Source: Candidatus Latescibacterota bacterium
Lineage (GTDB): Bacteria; Latescibacterota; UBA2968; UBA8231
Assembly (NCBI GenBank): GCA_965243025.1
Contig: CBDETY010000003.1
Location: 4,704,001 to 4,768,000 of the forward strand
Direction: 5' to 3'
Length of the DNA: 64,000 bases
A program made the translations under genes and the position numbers. Below are positions 53,450 through 64,000 of the stretch, one piece after another. Within the stretch, counting starts at the first letter, position 1; every line of letters starts with the position of its first letter. The notes beneath the pieces were generated by a model. It was not told the origin of the DNA. It worked only from the letters and a program-made list of their open reading frames with translations, and ran no database searches.

Positions 53450-54276
53450 GATCGGTAGATGTCGTTTTCCGTTGGTACAGGTGATTCCGCCGCCGGATTT
53501 TCCAAGGTAACCGCTGCCTCTGAAAGCGGCAATCCGCCCGCCTGCACGCCCGGGTCATCAGGCATGGGCCCCAGCAGTTCCGGCGCGACCATCTCGCTGC
53601 GGCATTCGAAGACCGCTTCGAACTGGCGCCTGACGATGGCGCCGACCTCGTCGATTCCGGGAGCAGTTCCCCCCAGCAGCCGGGCAACCGAGGTCACGTC
53701 GACGTCGAGCCCGCATGGGCGGATCCAGCGGAAGGGGTCGAGGTCGGTGGTCACATTGAGCGCAAATCCATGCATGGTGATCCAGCGGCGGACGTGCACC
53801 CCGATGGCGGCGATCTTCCGGTCCTCAACCCAGACCCCGGTAAGGCCGCGGCGCCTTCGGGCAACGACTCCAAGCTCGGACAGCGTCCGGATCAGCACCT
53901 CTTCGAGCTCGCGGATGAAGCGGTGGATGTCCCGCCCCCTGGGGCGCAGGTCGACGATCGGGTAACCGACGATCTGACCGGGACCGTGATAGGTGATGCT
54001 GCCCCCCCGCTCGATCCGGTGTATCGATATCCCCCTGGCGGCAGCGGCCGCGAGGTGGCCGGGTCGGGTCGAACGGCCCAGGGTGTAGCTCGGCGGATGG
54101 TCCAGAAGCAGGAGAAGATCGGGAAGCTCGCCGGAGGCCCGGCGCTCGCGCAGGGTTTTCTGCCACTGCCAGGCCCTGTCGTACGGGACGGTCCCGGCGG
54201 GGCATACCAGCAGACGCGGCGGGCCCCGGTGCCCGCTGCCCCCAGGCGGGCTGTTATTGCTAGGCTCCGGGGTCAT
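53446..54276 (-). CDS. lipB: Octanoyltransferase LipB
   Basis: [33 protein letters not shown] and PCG motifs. Confidence 0.93.
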   Translation of the reverse strand: MTPEPSNNSPPGGSGHRGPPRLLVCPAGTVPYDRAWQWQKTLRERRASGELPDLLLLLDHPPSYTLGRSTRPGHLAAAAARGISIHRIERGGSITYHGPGQIVGYPIVDLRPRGRDIHRFIRELEEVLIRTLSELGVVARRRRGLTGVWVEDRKIAAIGVHVRRWITMHGFALNVTTDLDPFRWIRPCGLDVDVTSVARLLGGTAPGIDEVGAIVRRQFEAVFECRSEMVAPELLGPMPDDPGVQAGGLPLSEAAVTLENPAAESPVPTENDIYRS

Positions 54277-54305
54277 CCTTATATTCGCAACTTCGCTTTG
54301 TTGAA

Positions 54306-54332
54306 GTAGCACTCCTGTCCTTAGAGTGCTAC
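54306..54332. promoter_or_regulatory. CIRCE element (HrcA operator)
   Basis: GTAGCACTC-N9-GAGTGCTAC upstream of groEL. Confidence 0.88.
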
Positions 54333-54403
54333 TTTCAGTTCCGCCAGGAATCGACCTCAACTCCCCTCACCACTACCAGAACAAGAGTCAGGAGGATTCG
54401 GCC

Positions 54404-56029
<1,626 letters not shown>

Positions 56030-56045
56030 TCCCATCCGGCGATCC

Positions 56046-56094
56046 AAAAAGAAGGGGGGTTCCGCAGACACAGCGGAACCCCCCTTTTCTGTTT
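56046..56094. terminator. Bidirectional intrinsic terminator
   Basis: AAGGGGGGTTCCGC-loop-GCGGAACCCCCCTT flanked by A and T tracts, between convergent genes. Confidence 0.88.
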
Positions 56095-56121
56095 CCGGAA
56101 ACCGGCGTTGGCGCGGTTCTG

Positions 56122-56508
56122 CTAGGGTCCGTCCCCTTCGGTGGAACCCGGAGTAACCTCCGCGCCCGTGCCGGATTCCTCCGGGTAGGAATAGTCGACC
56201 TGAGCCCCCTCCTCGATCACCAGGTGGGGGGTCCTGACGGATCCCCGAAACCGGGAAGTCGAGGCGAGGCGGACACTTTGTATGGCTGCGATTCTGCCCA
56301 CCACGCGGCCTTTGATAACAGCTTCCTCCACTTCGATCTCCTCTGCCTCGACGATGCCTTCTTCACTTACGGTCAGGGCTCCGGACGTCCTCAGACGCCC
56401 GCTGAGCTTTCCGTCGACGCGCACGGGATGGTCGATATCGAATACCCCGTCCACTTGCGCGTCGCGGCCGATTACCGTGCCCTCCTCTTCTCCTTTCCCG
56501 GCGTTCAT
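56122..56508 (-). CDS. Bactofilin (polymer-forming cytoskeletal protein)
   Basis: TVIG..VDG..VRVDGKLSG..IKGRVVGRI..LVIEEGA beta-helix pattern; ATGA coupling. Confidence 0.88.
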   Translation of the reverse strand: MNAGKGEEEGTVIGRDAQVDGVFDIDHPVRVDGKLSGRLRTSGALTVSEEGIVEAEEIEVEEAVIKGRVVGRIAAIQSVRLASTSRFRGSVRTPHLVIEEGAQVDYSYPEESGTGAEVTPGSTEGDGP

Positions 56509-57260
56509 AACCACAGACGGAAACGGCTGGGGTCCCGGACTTCCCCGTTTTCAACCACAGCGTAGTAAATCCCCGGAATTCCACCGCCCGGCGGTGCGCC
56601 GGACAGCGCTACCGGCTGGCCCCGGAAAACGTACTCACCGGGTTCGGCCAGGAGTATGCGATTGTGGCCGTACTGACTGGAAAGGCCGCTGCCGTGATCG
56701 ATGCGCAGTGCGTACCCGAGCCGCCGGTCGTAACCTGCCTCCGTCACCCGGCCAGCTGCCGTCGCCCGCACCAGGCTCCCCGGCGGCGTGGCGATGAGCA
56801 CCCCCTTCCTGCCGGAAGATTGGCGGAGGACGCCCCGGACAGGCCACAGTGCCGGGACGGTGCGGATCTGACCGTGTTGCAGCCGGAACACCGAAGAGAC
56901 GAAGCGGCCGCGATAGCGGCCGGCGGCCGAACCTTGCTGCGGGGAGTGGTAACCGCTCCGGCTGCCCAGTATGCGGCGCAGCTGGTCGCTCTGGCTCTGC
57001 AGGCGACCGAGGGTTTCCTCGAGTTCGTCGATCTGCATCACCGCTTCGGTCAGGTGCCGCCGTTCCCTTTCCAGCCGCTCCACCTCGGAAGAGAGGGTAT
57101 GTGCCTCGAAGAGGTAACGGGCCCCGATGGCCAGCAACACGGCTGCGCCCGCAGCGAGCAGCGCCAGAAACCAGACTATGACGCGCGGTATCTTGAATTC
57201 GTAGGTGCGCCCCCCCTCTTCGGGGATGAGCAACATCGTAAATTTGCGCCCGGGAGACAC
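56505..57260 (-). CDS. M23/LytM-domain membrane protein, probably catalytically degenerate
   Basis: N-terminal FTMLLIP motif, TM segment, coiled coil; WPVRG, IDHG..YGHN and V.RGQ.VALSG motifs. Confidence 0.82.
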   Translation of the reverse strand: MSPGRKFTMLLIPEEGGRTYEFKIPRVIVWFLALLAAGAAVLLAIGARYLFEAHTLSSEVERLERERRHLTEAVMQIDELEETLGRLQSQSDQLRRILGSRSGYHSPQQGSAAGRYRGRFVSSVFRLQHGQIRTVPALWPVRGVLRQSSGRKGVLIATPPGSLVRATAAGRVTEAGYDRRLGYALRIDHGSGLSSQYGHNRILLAEPGEYVFRGQPVALSGAPPGGGIPGIYYAVVENGEVRDPSRFRLWL

Positions 57261-57436
57261 GGTGTTATGCCCTCGCCTCGGAGGGGGTCGATTCCGAGGC
57301 CCCCCGAATAACAGCGGCGGCAACTCGACCCGGACTGCTGCCGGGACCGCTGCAGTCCGGCGCGAAGGGGCGGTTACTCCTTTGTCGGAAATGCATGATG
57401 GATATAATATGACACTATTCCCGCTCAACGTGTGAC

Positions 57437-58012
57437 ATGCCGCGACCCATTCGAAACAGACCTCTCACGGCGGAATCGCAGGCCGGGCTGCGCAGGTTCT
57501 TCCAGCACATGGTGGCCCCTTCTTTCGGTATGCTGGGCCTGCAGAGCCGCGAGCTGATCGACTACGTAACCCGGCTGCTCTCCGATTTTGCCCGCACCGA
57601 CGAGCTCTACCGGATCCGCGACGCTCGCGGCCGGCGCCTGGAAACCGTGGCCGCCATGCTGCTGGAACTGATGCGGGCGTGGAACTCCGCGGTCCCCTAC
57701 CGGTATGAACGGGAAGTGGAGGTGCGACGGCACTGCGGCGACTACACCCTGTTCATGAGCGGCCTCTTCCGCGCTCACCTGGAAGCCGAATCCCTCCTGG
57801 ACTACTACCTCGAGCAGGGGCAACAGGCATACGGCATCGTTGCCGAGCGCATGGAAATGACGATGTCGCCGCAGGCATCGGTGTTCAAGGCGCTCGCCGC
57901 GGAGTTCGAGTCGGTTTCCGGGGCCCTCGACTACATGCGCAAGGTCTACATGCGTCCCGGACAGCGGACCGGTCCTTACGAGGACCTGCTGCGGCAGCTG
58001 GACCTCAACTAG
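57437..58012 (+). CDS. Conserved-type hypothetical protein
   Basis: DYVTRLL, GDYTLFMSGLF and YYLEQGQQAY; TATAAT at 57403-57408. Confidence 0.75.
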   Translation: MPRPIRNRPLTAESQAGLRRFFQHMVAPSFGMLGLQSRELIDYVTRLLSDFARTDELYRIRDARGRRLETVAAMLLELMRAWNSAVPYRYEREVEVRRHCGDYTLFMSGLFRAHLEAESLLDYYLEQGQQAYGIVAERMEMTMSPQASVFKALAAEFESVSGALDYMRKVYMRPGQRTGPYEDLLRQLDLN

Positions 58013-58776
58013 CCCTTGCCCGCCCCCCGGCATACCGCGAGGAAATCCTCGTTGGAAGCCGAAAACCCGATCTGCTGCTCCGCTTCGCGAACCGCAAGCT
58101 CGGTCGCCGTCAGTGCGCCCAGGGTATCGGGGAACTCCACCCCCATGGTTGCGTCGCGCAGCAGAATCAGGTTGTAGCCCCGCCTGCGCATGGCGCGCAT
58201 CCCGTAGTCCCGGCCCAGTACGCACCAGTTTGTCGCGAATCCGGCAAACACCAGGTGCAGGATCCGCCGCTCGCGGCAGAGATCGTGCAACTGCTGGCCG
58301 GTGGCGACAACAAAGTCGTCGTCCTCTACCTCTATGGCCGGAGACATGCCGAGCGGCTCTATCCGGGGAATGCCGGGAGGCTGGTCCCGGGGGCCGCGGT
58401 AAGCGGCATAAGCCCCCTGCCGGTTACGGAAGTCGGCCGGCGGCCAGTCCGGCTCCGGCTCGTGCGGCGGCGGCCGGTGGCGCGCGAGCTGATCGAACTG
58501 CGCCGCCACTTCGGGGCAGGGGGCGTGAACGATGGTGAGGCCTGCCGTACGGGCAGCCTCCAGGACGGGAACCACGGCCTCCCGCGTCACCTGCGATGCC
58601 CGTTCCAGCCAGCTCTCGATGAAGTGGTTGTTCCACACGTCGACCAGCACCAGGGCGGTTTCGCGGACTGGAAGTGACATGGTCGTCTCGCGCCTGATGA
58701 AAAACTCTTCGCGGTACGGCTGGCCCTTCGGAGGACTGTCCTGGAAATAACGGACCGTCAAATGGATCGGCTTCAT
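58009..58776 (-). CDS. Isochorismatase/cysteine hydrolase family protein
   Basis: ALVLVDVW, AGFATNWCV and LLRDAT motifs. Confidence 0.85.
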   Translation of the reverse strand: MKPIHLTVRYFQDSPPKGQPYREEFFIRRETTMSLPVRETALVLVDVWNNHFIESWLERASQVTREAVVPVLEAARTAGLTIVHAPCPEVAAQFDQLARHRPPPHEPEPDWPPADFRNRQGAYAAYRGPRDQPPGIPRIEPLGMSPAIEVEDDDFVVATGQQLHDLCRERRILHLVFAGFATNWCVLGRDYGMRAMRRRGYNLILLRDATMGVEFPDTLGALTATELAVREAEQQIGFSASNEDFLAVCRGAGKG

Positions 58777-58840
58777 CGGTTCTCTCCGGGAAAGGACGGC
58801 ACCGGGCGGCGCACTTCCTCAGCGCCTGGGAAGCGACCGT

Positions 58841-59341
58841 TCAACTGCCGGAATCTTCGTCTGCTTCGGCCTCCACGAACACACCGCATCGCAGCATCCC
58901 CGATCCGTAGTACGGATTGGCGATCTCCCCTTCCTTCTGAATCCAGTGCGCCCCCTCCCAGTCGAAGGCCATCGGACAATGGGCGACCCGGTAACCCTCG
59001 GGGAGCTCGCTGTCGAGCAGGGCGTTCGACAGCGGCAGGAACGCGGCGCGCAAAGTCTCGATGTCGGCAGCAGCAGCGGCGGCAGCGGCCAGCCCGGCAC
59101 CCTCCGGGTCCAGGTGCTCCTGCATCGCCGCCACGGCCTGACGTGCCGGCTCGAAGCTGTCGGCGGCCAGGGCTTCCTGCGCCCTCAGGTAGGACTCGAG
59201 AGCGCCGTCAAGCCCCGCGGCACTGCCCGGTTCCGATGCCCCGGAGGCATCGCCGGGTGCCCGTTCGGGCTCGCTGCCGCAGGCGGCGGCAAGGGCGGCC
59301 GCCGCCAATAGACCAATCCGTGCGAACCGCAGCGGGGTCAT
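58841..59341 (-). CDS. DUF3347-like lipoprotein (CPMA..NPYYG..MLRCG, possible metal binding)
   Basis: Lipobox AAAC; HCPMAF..GAHWIQ..IANPYYGSGMLRCG. Confidence 0.8.
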   Translation of the reverse strand: MTPLRFARIGLLAAAALAAACGSEPERAPGDASGASEPGSAAGLDGALESYLRAQEALAADSFEPARQAVAAMQEHLDPEGAGLAAAAAAAADIETLRAAFLPLSNALLDSELPEGYRVAHCPMAFDWEGAHWIQKEGEIANPYYGSGMLRCGVFVEAEADEDSGS

Positions 59342-60075
59342 GAGCCGGCCGCCGCGAAGGGAAAGGTATCGGCCGCTTCCCCTGGAGGCCGCGACACGTG
59401 CCAGATGCCGGCGTACATCGGCGCGACATGGTAGTGGCAGACCACGTTGCTGCGTTCCATATCTTCCCTCTCCTTGGCTCCCTGATGGGGGATGTGGCTC
59501 AGGAACACTACGGCGTCTCCCGCCATGGGATGGAGAACGACGTGTTCCTGCCCCTCGCACCACTCCTCGAACCGGGGGCGGTCCAGCGGGTGCAGATGCG
59601 GCGGCTCCACGAGGTGGCCGCCCCTGATGAACTTCAGGTGGCCGTCCCCGGGGTTGTTGTCCTGCAGGTAGAAGGTCGTGTTGACTCCGGCGGGCTGCAC
59701 GGCGAGCCGGTGGCGCCCGACACGCCGTCTTTCCTCCCAGTACCCGTAGAAATCCATGTGCCACTCCTGCAGGTAGGGCCCGGGATTGATGTGGCAGCGC
59801 AGGCTGCGCAGCTGGCACTGCCGGCCCATCATGCCCTCGAGAAAGGGAGCCACGCTCGGGTGAGCAACCAGGAACCGGAAATTTCCGGGCTCGCGTTGCA
59901 GGAGGGAGTCGAACCACATGTTGCCGACCGCGTTGAGCCCCTCTTCCCACCCCATCTCACGGGCGTGGTCGACCCGCTTCCTGACGCCCTCGGTCTCGGC
60001 TGCGGTCAGGGCGCCGGGAACGTGGAGGAAGCCCTCGCGTTCGAGGGTGTCGAGCTGTCCGTTTCGGTCGGCCAT
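59338..60075 (-). CDS. Phytanoyl-CoA dioxygenase (PhyH) family Fe(II)/2OG oxygenase
   Basis: WHMD, GGH, AGDAVVF..HQG and R..V motifs. Confidence 0.85.
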   Translation of the reverse strand: MADRNGQLDTLEREGFLHVPGALTAAETEGVRKRVDHAREMGWEEGLNAVGNMWFDSLLQREPGNFRFLVAHPSVAPFLEGMMGRQCQLRSLRCHINPGPYLQEWHMDFYGYWEERRRVGRHRLAVQPAGVNTTFYLQDNNPGDGHLKFIRGGHLVEPPHLHPLDRPRFEEWCEGQEHVVLHPMAGDAVVFLSHIPHQGAKEREDMERSNVVCHYHVAPMYAGIWHVSRPPGEAADTFPFAAAGS

Positions 60076-60121
60076 CTGTCTCAGGGGGTCCTGAAAACGA
60101 TTCGTCCCCTCGGCGGTTCGC

Positions 60122-60287
60122 TAGTGCCCCGTCGCAGAAATATCTCGACATTGGGACGCCGATCCATCCCGGCTCACGGCGTTGCCTTCGCTCCCCGTAC
60201 ACCCTCGGTACGACTCGCTCAGGCGCCTTGTGAGCCGGGCGCCTCGGCATCCCAATTTTGTCAATCTATCTCTGCGACGGGACACTA
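60122..60287. mobile_element. MITE-like palindromic element (166 bp)
   Basis: 21-bp TIRs TAGTGCCCCGTCGCAGAAATA / TATCTCTGCGACGGGACACTA (2 mismatches); nested internal stems TTGGGACGCCGA/TCGGCATCCCAA, CCCGGCTCAC/GTGAGCCGGG and CGTAC/GTACG; no ORF. Confidence 0.85.
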
Positions 60288-60587
60288 TGTCCCGGGGTCC
60301 GAAACCCAAATATTGCCCAACCTCTCCCCTGTCTCAAGCAACCCGGCAGCACCTGCCCTTTTGTTCCGGCAACGGCCGGGTGCAGGTGCCTCGGGGGCGG
60401 CGGCTGAGACGAAGCGCCAGCCTCATTTCGGCGCGGGCATGCCCGGGGCACTGGAAAGCCGGCTGCCGGCCAGGGGTTTCAGGGATCCCGGGGCGTGCCC
60501 AGGGAGTCCCGACTCCCACAGGGTACGGAGTGTAACCCCCCGGATACGCGCCGGCGCGTCGTCGGCCCGGACTTCCGGGTGGCCCCG

Positions 60588-60604
60588 CGGGCACGTGATT
60601 TGCG
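60588..60604 (+). promoter_or_regulatory. Putative sigma54 (-24/-12) promoter of comM
   Basis: GGCACGTGATTTGC is GG-N10-GC matching TGGCACG-N4-TTGC; ends 12 nt before the ATG. Confidence 0.5.
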
Positions 60605-60615
60605 GCCCGATCCCC

Positions 60616-62142
60616 ATGCCGGCCACCGTCCTGAGCGCCGCAACCCTCGGTATCGACGCCTATCTCGTCCACGTCGAGGTCGACACCGACCGCCACCTGC
60701 CGACCTTCTGCGTCGTCGGCCTGCCCGACAGCGCGGTGCGCGAGAGCCGGGAGCGCGTCATGGCGGCGATCCGCAATGCAGGTTTCCAGTGGCCGCGACG
60801 GCGCGTCACCGTGAACCTCGCCCCGGCAGGTATCCGCAAGGTCGGATCCGCCTTCGACCTGCCGATCGCCGTGGGAATCCTCGTGGCCTCCGGGCAGGTC
60901 GACACCCCCCGCCTGAGCGACTTCGTGCTGTTGGGAGAACTCTCCCTCGACGCCAGTCTGCGCCCGGTCACCGGTGCACTCTCCGTGGCCACCGACATGG
61001 AACCGGAGGTCTACGGAATGATCGTGCCCCGGCAGAACGCCCGCGAGGCAGCTCTCGCCGGAGGCCCCCTGGTCTACGGCGTCGGCACCCTGCGCGAGGC
61101 GGTGGAGATACTCGAAGGCAGCGTGCGCGTCGCCCCCCACGACTTCGACGACGCCCAGGTTCTCGCCAAGGGCATTCACCCTGATTTCGATTTCGCCGAC
61201 GTCGGGGGCCAGCAGCACGCCAAGCGCGCCCTCGAGGTCGCCGCCGCGGGGTCGCACAACATCCTGATGATCGGCCCCCCCGGTTCGGGCAAGACCATGC
61301 TCGCCCGCCGGGTGCCGTCGATCCTCGCCGACATGTCGCTGGAAGAAGCGCTGGCGACGACCAAGATACACTCCGTGGCCGGAGCGCTGCCGCCCGGGGA
61401 AGCCGTCGTCGCCTCGCGCCCGTTCCGGGCGCCGCATCACACCATTTCCAATGCCGGGCTTGTCGGTGGGGGCTCGCACCCGCGGCCCGGGGAGGTTTCC
61501 CTCGCCCATCACGGGGTTCTCTTCCTCGACGAGCTGCCGGAGTTCCAGAAGCACGTGATCGAGGCCTTGCGGCAACCCCTGGAGGACCACCGCATCACCA
61601 TCGGCCGCGCTTCGGTGACCCTGTCGTTTCCCGCCCGCTTCATGCTGATCGCCGCCATGAACCCCTGCCCGTGCGGGTTCCTCTCCGACCCGAGGCGGGA
61701 CTGCACCTGCACGCCGTTGCTTGTCGAGCGCTACCGCGCCCGTATCTCAGGGCCGCTCCTCGACCGCATCGACATCCACATCGACGTACCGGGCGTCGAG
61801 TACCGGGAGCTCGCGTCCCGCTCCGATCGGGTACCGTCGTCCGATTTCAGACAGCGTGTCGAAGGGGCGCGGCGGATTCAGCGGCACCGCTTCGAAGAAC
61901 GCGAGGACCTCTTCTGCAACGGCCATATGGAAGCCAGGGACATTCGCCGTTACTGCCCCCTCACCGAGGGGGGCGAGAAACTGCTCGGCCGGGCGATCGA
62001 GACCCTCGGACTCTCTGCGCGCGCTTACGACCGGATCCTCAAAGTCGGCCGGACGATCGCCGATCTCGACCGCGCCGACGACATCTCGGAACAGCACATT
62101 TCCGAGGCGATACAGTACCGCACGCTCGATCGGGCCGTTTGA
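60616..62142 (+). CDS. comM: YifB/ComM Mg-chelatase-like AAA+ ATPase
   Basis: VGLPD..VRESRER, NLAPA, GPPGSGKT, RAPHH, FLDELPEF, NPCPCG and GPLLDRID motifs. Confidence 0.95.
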   Translation: MPATVLSAATLGIDAYLVHVEVDTDRHLPTFCVVGLPDSAVRESRERVMAAIRNAGFQWPRRRVTVNLAPAGIRKVGSAFDLPIAVGILVASGQVDTPRLSDFVLLGELSLDASLRPVTGALSVATDMEPEVYGMIVPRQNAREAALAGGPLVYGVGTLREAVEILEGSVRVAPHDFDDAQVLAKGIHPDFDFADVGGQQHAKRALEVAAAGSHNILMIGPPGSGKTMLARRVPSILADMSLEEALATTKIHSVAGALPPGEAVVASRPFRAPHHTISNAGLVGGGSHPRPGEVSLAHHGVLFLDELPEFQKHVIEALRQPLEDHRITIGRASVTLSFPARFMLIAAMNPCPCGFLSDPRRDCTCTPLLVERYRARISGPLLDRIDIHIDVPGVEYRELASRSDRVPSSDFRQRVEGARRIQRHRFEEREDLFCNGHMEARDIRRYCPLTEGGEKLLGRAIETLGLSARAYDRILKVGRTIADLDRADDISEQHISEAIQYRTLDRAV

Positions 62143-62224
62143 GAGCCCGGGAGATCTCCATACCTTTCCCCCGAGCACCCGGCGCTGAGCCGGGCCGCGG
62201 TCCCACCTCACAGAGAGCAAGGAA

Positions 62225-63253
62225 ATGACTGACGCTTCCCGGTTTTTCGTGTTTGTCGCTCTAACCGGCGACGAAGAGATCAGGACGTATTCGATGGACG
62301 CCGCAAGCGGCGCCCTGGAACTGGCCGGGGTCAGCCCGGCGCACGGCCCGATCGGGGCCCTGACCCCGGGGCCCTCCGGTGACCGGGTCTACGGGGCCCA
62401 CGTCGGCTCGACCGAGCTTTCGAGCTACCGTCTGGACCGGGGGACCGGCGCCCTGGAGCATATAAACAAGGTGGCGACAGGACACGCCACTCCCGCTCTC
62501 GCGGTCGCCGGCGGAGGCGGCCGTTTCCTGATCGCAGGGTACTACACCGGGGGCGGAGTGACCGTGCACGCGATCGCCGGCGACGGCTCCATCGGGGATC
62601 TGGTACAGCGCGTCGACACCGGGGAGAAAGCCCACGCCGTGCTGATCGATCCGACCGAGCGGTTCGTGTTCATCCCCCACGTCTGTCCCGTCAACAAGAC
62701 CTCCCAGTTCCGCTTCGACAGCAGCTCGGGACAACTGACGGCGAACGACCCTGCCGAAGTGATCCCGCCCGACGACTACACCGGACCGCGCCACATGTGC
62801 TTCGGCCCCGGGGGCGACGTCGTCTACACCGTCAACGAGCAGGGAAACAGCGTCACTGCTCACCGCTACGACGCCGGCGGCGGAACGCTTGAGATCTTCC
62901 AGACCGTCTCGACCCTGCCGGAGGGTTACGCCGAGACCAGCCACTGCGCCCACGTCGAGGTCCACCCCAACGGCAGGTGGCTCTACGCTTCGAACCGGGG
63001 GCCCGGGGATTCCATCGCCGGGTTCGAAATCGCCGGAGACGGCACCCTCACCCCGTTCGGCCACTTCCCCGTGCCCTCGAGCCCGCGATCGTTCAACATC
63101 GACCCGGGCGGGCGCTTCTGTTACTGCACCGGAGAGGCCGCCAACCTGATGCGCTGCTTCCGGATCGACGAGGAGTCCGGGAGCCTGGAGCCCTTCGGGG
63201 AGGACATCGAGGTCGGAAAGTCCCCGTTCTGGACGATGGTTCTCGGTTTCTGA
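62225..63253 (+). CDS. Lactonase family (6-phosphogluconolactonase-like) beta-propeller
   Basis: GPRH, YTVNE, VSTLP, HPNGRWLYASNRG and PRSF motifs. Confidence 0.88.
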   Translation: MTDASRFFVFVALTGDEEIRTYSMDAASGALELAGVSPAHGPIGALTPGPSGDRVYGAHVGSTELSSYRLDRGTGALEHINKVATGHATPALAVAGGGGRFLIAGYYTGGGVTVHAIAGDGSIGDLVQRVDTGEKAHAVLIDPTERFVFIPHVCPVNKTSQFRFDSSSGQLTANDPAEVIPPDDYTGPRHMCFGPGGDVVYTVNEQGNSVTAHRYDAGGGTLEIFQTVSTLPEGYAETSHCAHVEVHPNGRWLYASNRGPGDSIAGFEIAGDGTLTPFGHFPVPSSPRSFNIDPGGRFCYCTGEAANLMRCFRIDEESGSLEPFGEDIEVGKSPFWTMVLGF

Positions 63254-63290
63254 GCGTCAGAAACCCGGTCCAGGGCCCAGGCGGCGCCCT

Positions 63291-64000
63291 TCAGTCATCC
63301 GCCTCCGAAAGGGCGCGACCCCGGTCCGCCGCCCGCCGGCTGCGCTCACTCCAGCCCCTGGCCGCGTACTGCCTGGACAGCTCCGCCCAGACTTCCACCC
63401 TCTCCGGCATGCGGACCGTCAGGACCTCCAGCCTCGGTATCGCCTCCTCGCTGTTTCCCAGTTCCGCGTACGCCATCGCCAACTGGTAGAACGCCTCCCT
63501 GTCCGCCGGATCGATGGCGAGGGCGGATTCGAGGGCCTCGATTGCCTGGAACGGCTCCCCGAGAGCGCGCCGGACCCGGCCAAGGCCGAGGAGCGACGAC
63601 GAGTCCGCGGCATCGATCAGCGTCAGCTGCCGGTACAGCTCTCCAGCCTCTTCCAGCTCGCCGAGCTGCTCGCAAAGGGCCGCGAGCTTGCGCGTTCCCC
63701 CGTCGTGAAAGGGATCCTGTTCGCGAAGCTTCCGGAAGGCTTCCAGAGCGTCGCTGTGGCGCCCCATGGCGATGTACACGCTGCCGATGTTGAGGAGCGC
63801 ATCCTCGTCCGCCGGATTGCTTTCCAGGAGATGGCCGTAGGCCCCCGCGGCCGCGGCGAGACTATCGAGACTGTAGTAGACGTATGCGAGGTTTCTCCGG
63901 GCGTCCCTCGATTCCGGATCGATGATGGCGGCGTTGCGGAAAGCGACCAGCCCACCGGGGTAGTCGGGCGGGTGGTGGCGCACCAGGCCGATGCCGCGGT
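63291..64000 (-). CDS. TPR repeat protein (5' end outside the window)
   Basis: Repeated TPR helices (ALLNIG, LGLG, AFYQLA, IDP turns). Confidence 0.85.
   Translation of the reverse strand, partial: RGIGLVRHHPPDYPGGLVAFRNAAIIDPESRDARRNLAYVYYSLDSLAAAAGAYGHLLESNPADEDALLNIGSVYIAMGRHSDALEAFRKLREQDPFHDGGTRKLAALCEQLGELEEAGELYRQLTLIDAADSSSLLGLGRVRRALGEPFQAIEALESALAIDPADREAFYQLAMAYAELGNSEEAIPRLEVLTVRMPERVEVWAELSRQYAARGWSERSRRAADRGRALSEADD

Noticed and set aside
59398-60615. N-terminal 406-aa extension of comM in the ORF track
   Set aside because: Antisense to PhyH and runs through the MITE; ComM homology starts at MPATV (60616).

Overview
High-GC bacterial chromosome segment made mostly of housekeeping genes. 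The long SecA, PorV/PorQ-like barrels, FlgD-Ig C-terminal domain and PhyH/NIPSNAP/lactonase genes suggest an FCB-group organism (Latescibacterota/Gemmatimonadota-like); this is inference. Content: ino1 with a divergent LysR, dusB, uppS-cdsA-rseP-queG, ftsY, a SpoIVB-like S55 peptidase plus beta-propeller pair, ribD-ribE-ribBA-ribH-nusB, secA, GT2, purC, a coupled T9SS-like envelope operon, tgt-yajC-fmt, tRNA-Ala(GGC), mfd-PPIase-surA, nrnA-argF, moaC-icd-lipB, solo groEL with CIRCE, an M23-bactofilin pair and comM. The most unusual structure is in the first 5 kb. (1) An integrase-free PIN/HicB-like toxin-antitoxin islet is bracketed by an exact 67-bp duplication of the ino1 3' end that stops precisely at the stop codon. 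(2) One clear and one probable decayed alternative 3' end are stacked behind a DUF309-like gene. Also notable: a 166-bp MITE-like hairpin element, a 33-bp fragment of which encodes part of a lipoprotein signal peptide 59 kb away; a RibBA whose RibB active site is degenerate; and no dxr at its usual position. All family assignments come from motif recognition by eye, not from database searches.
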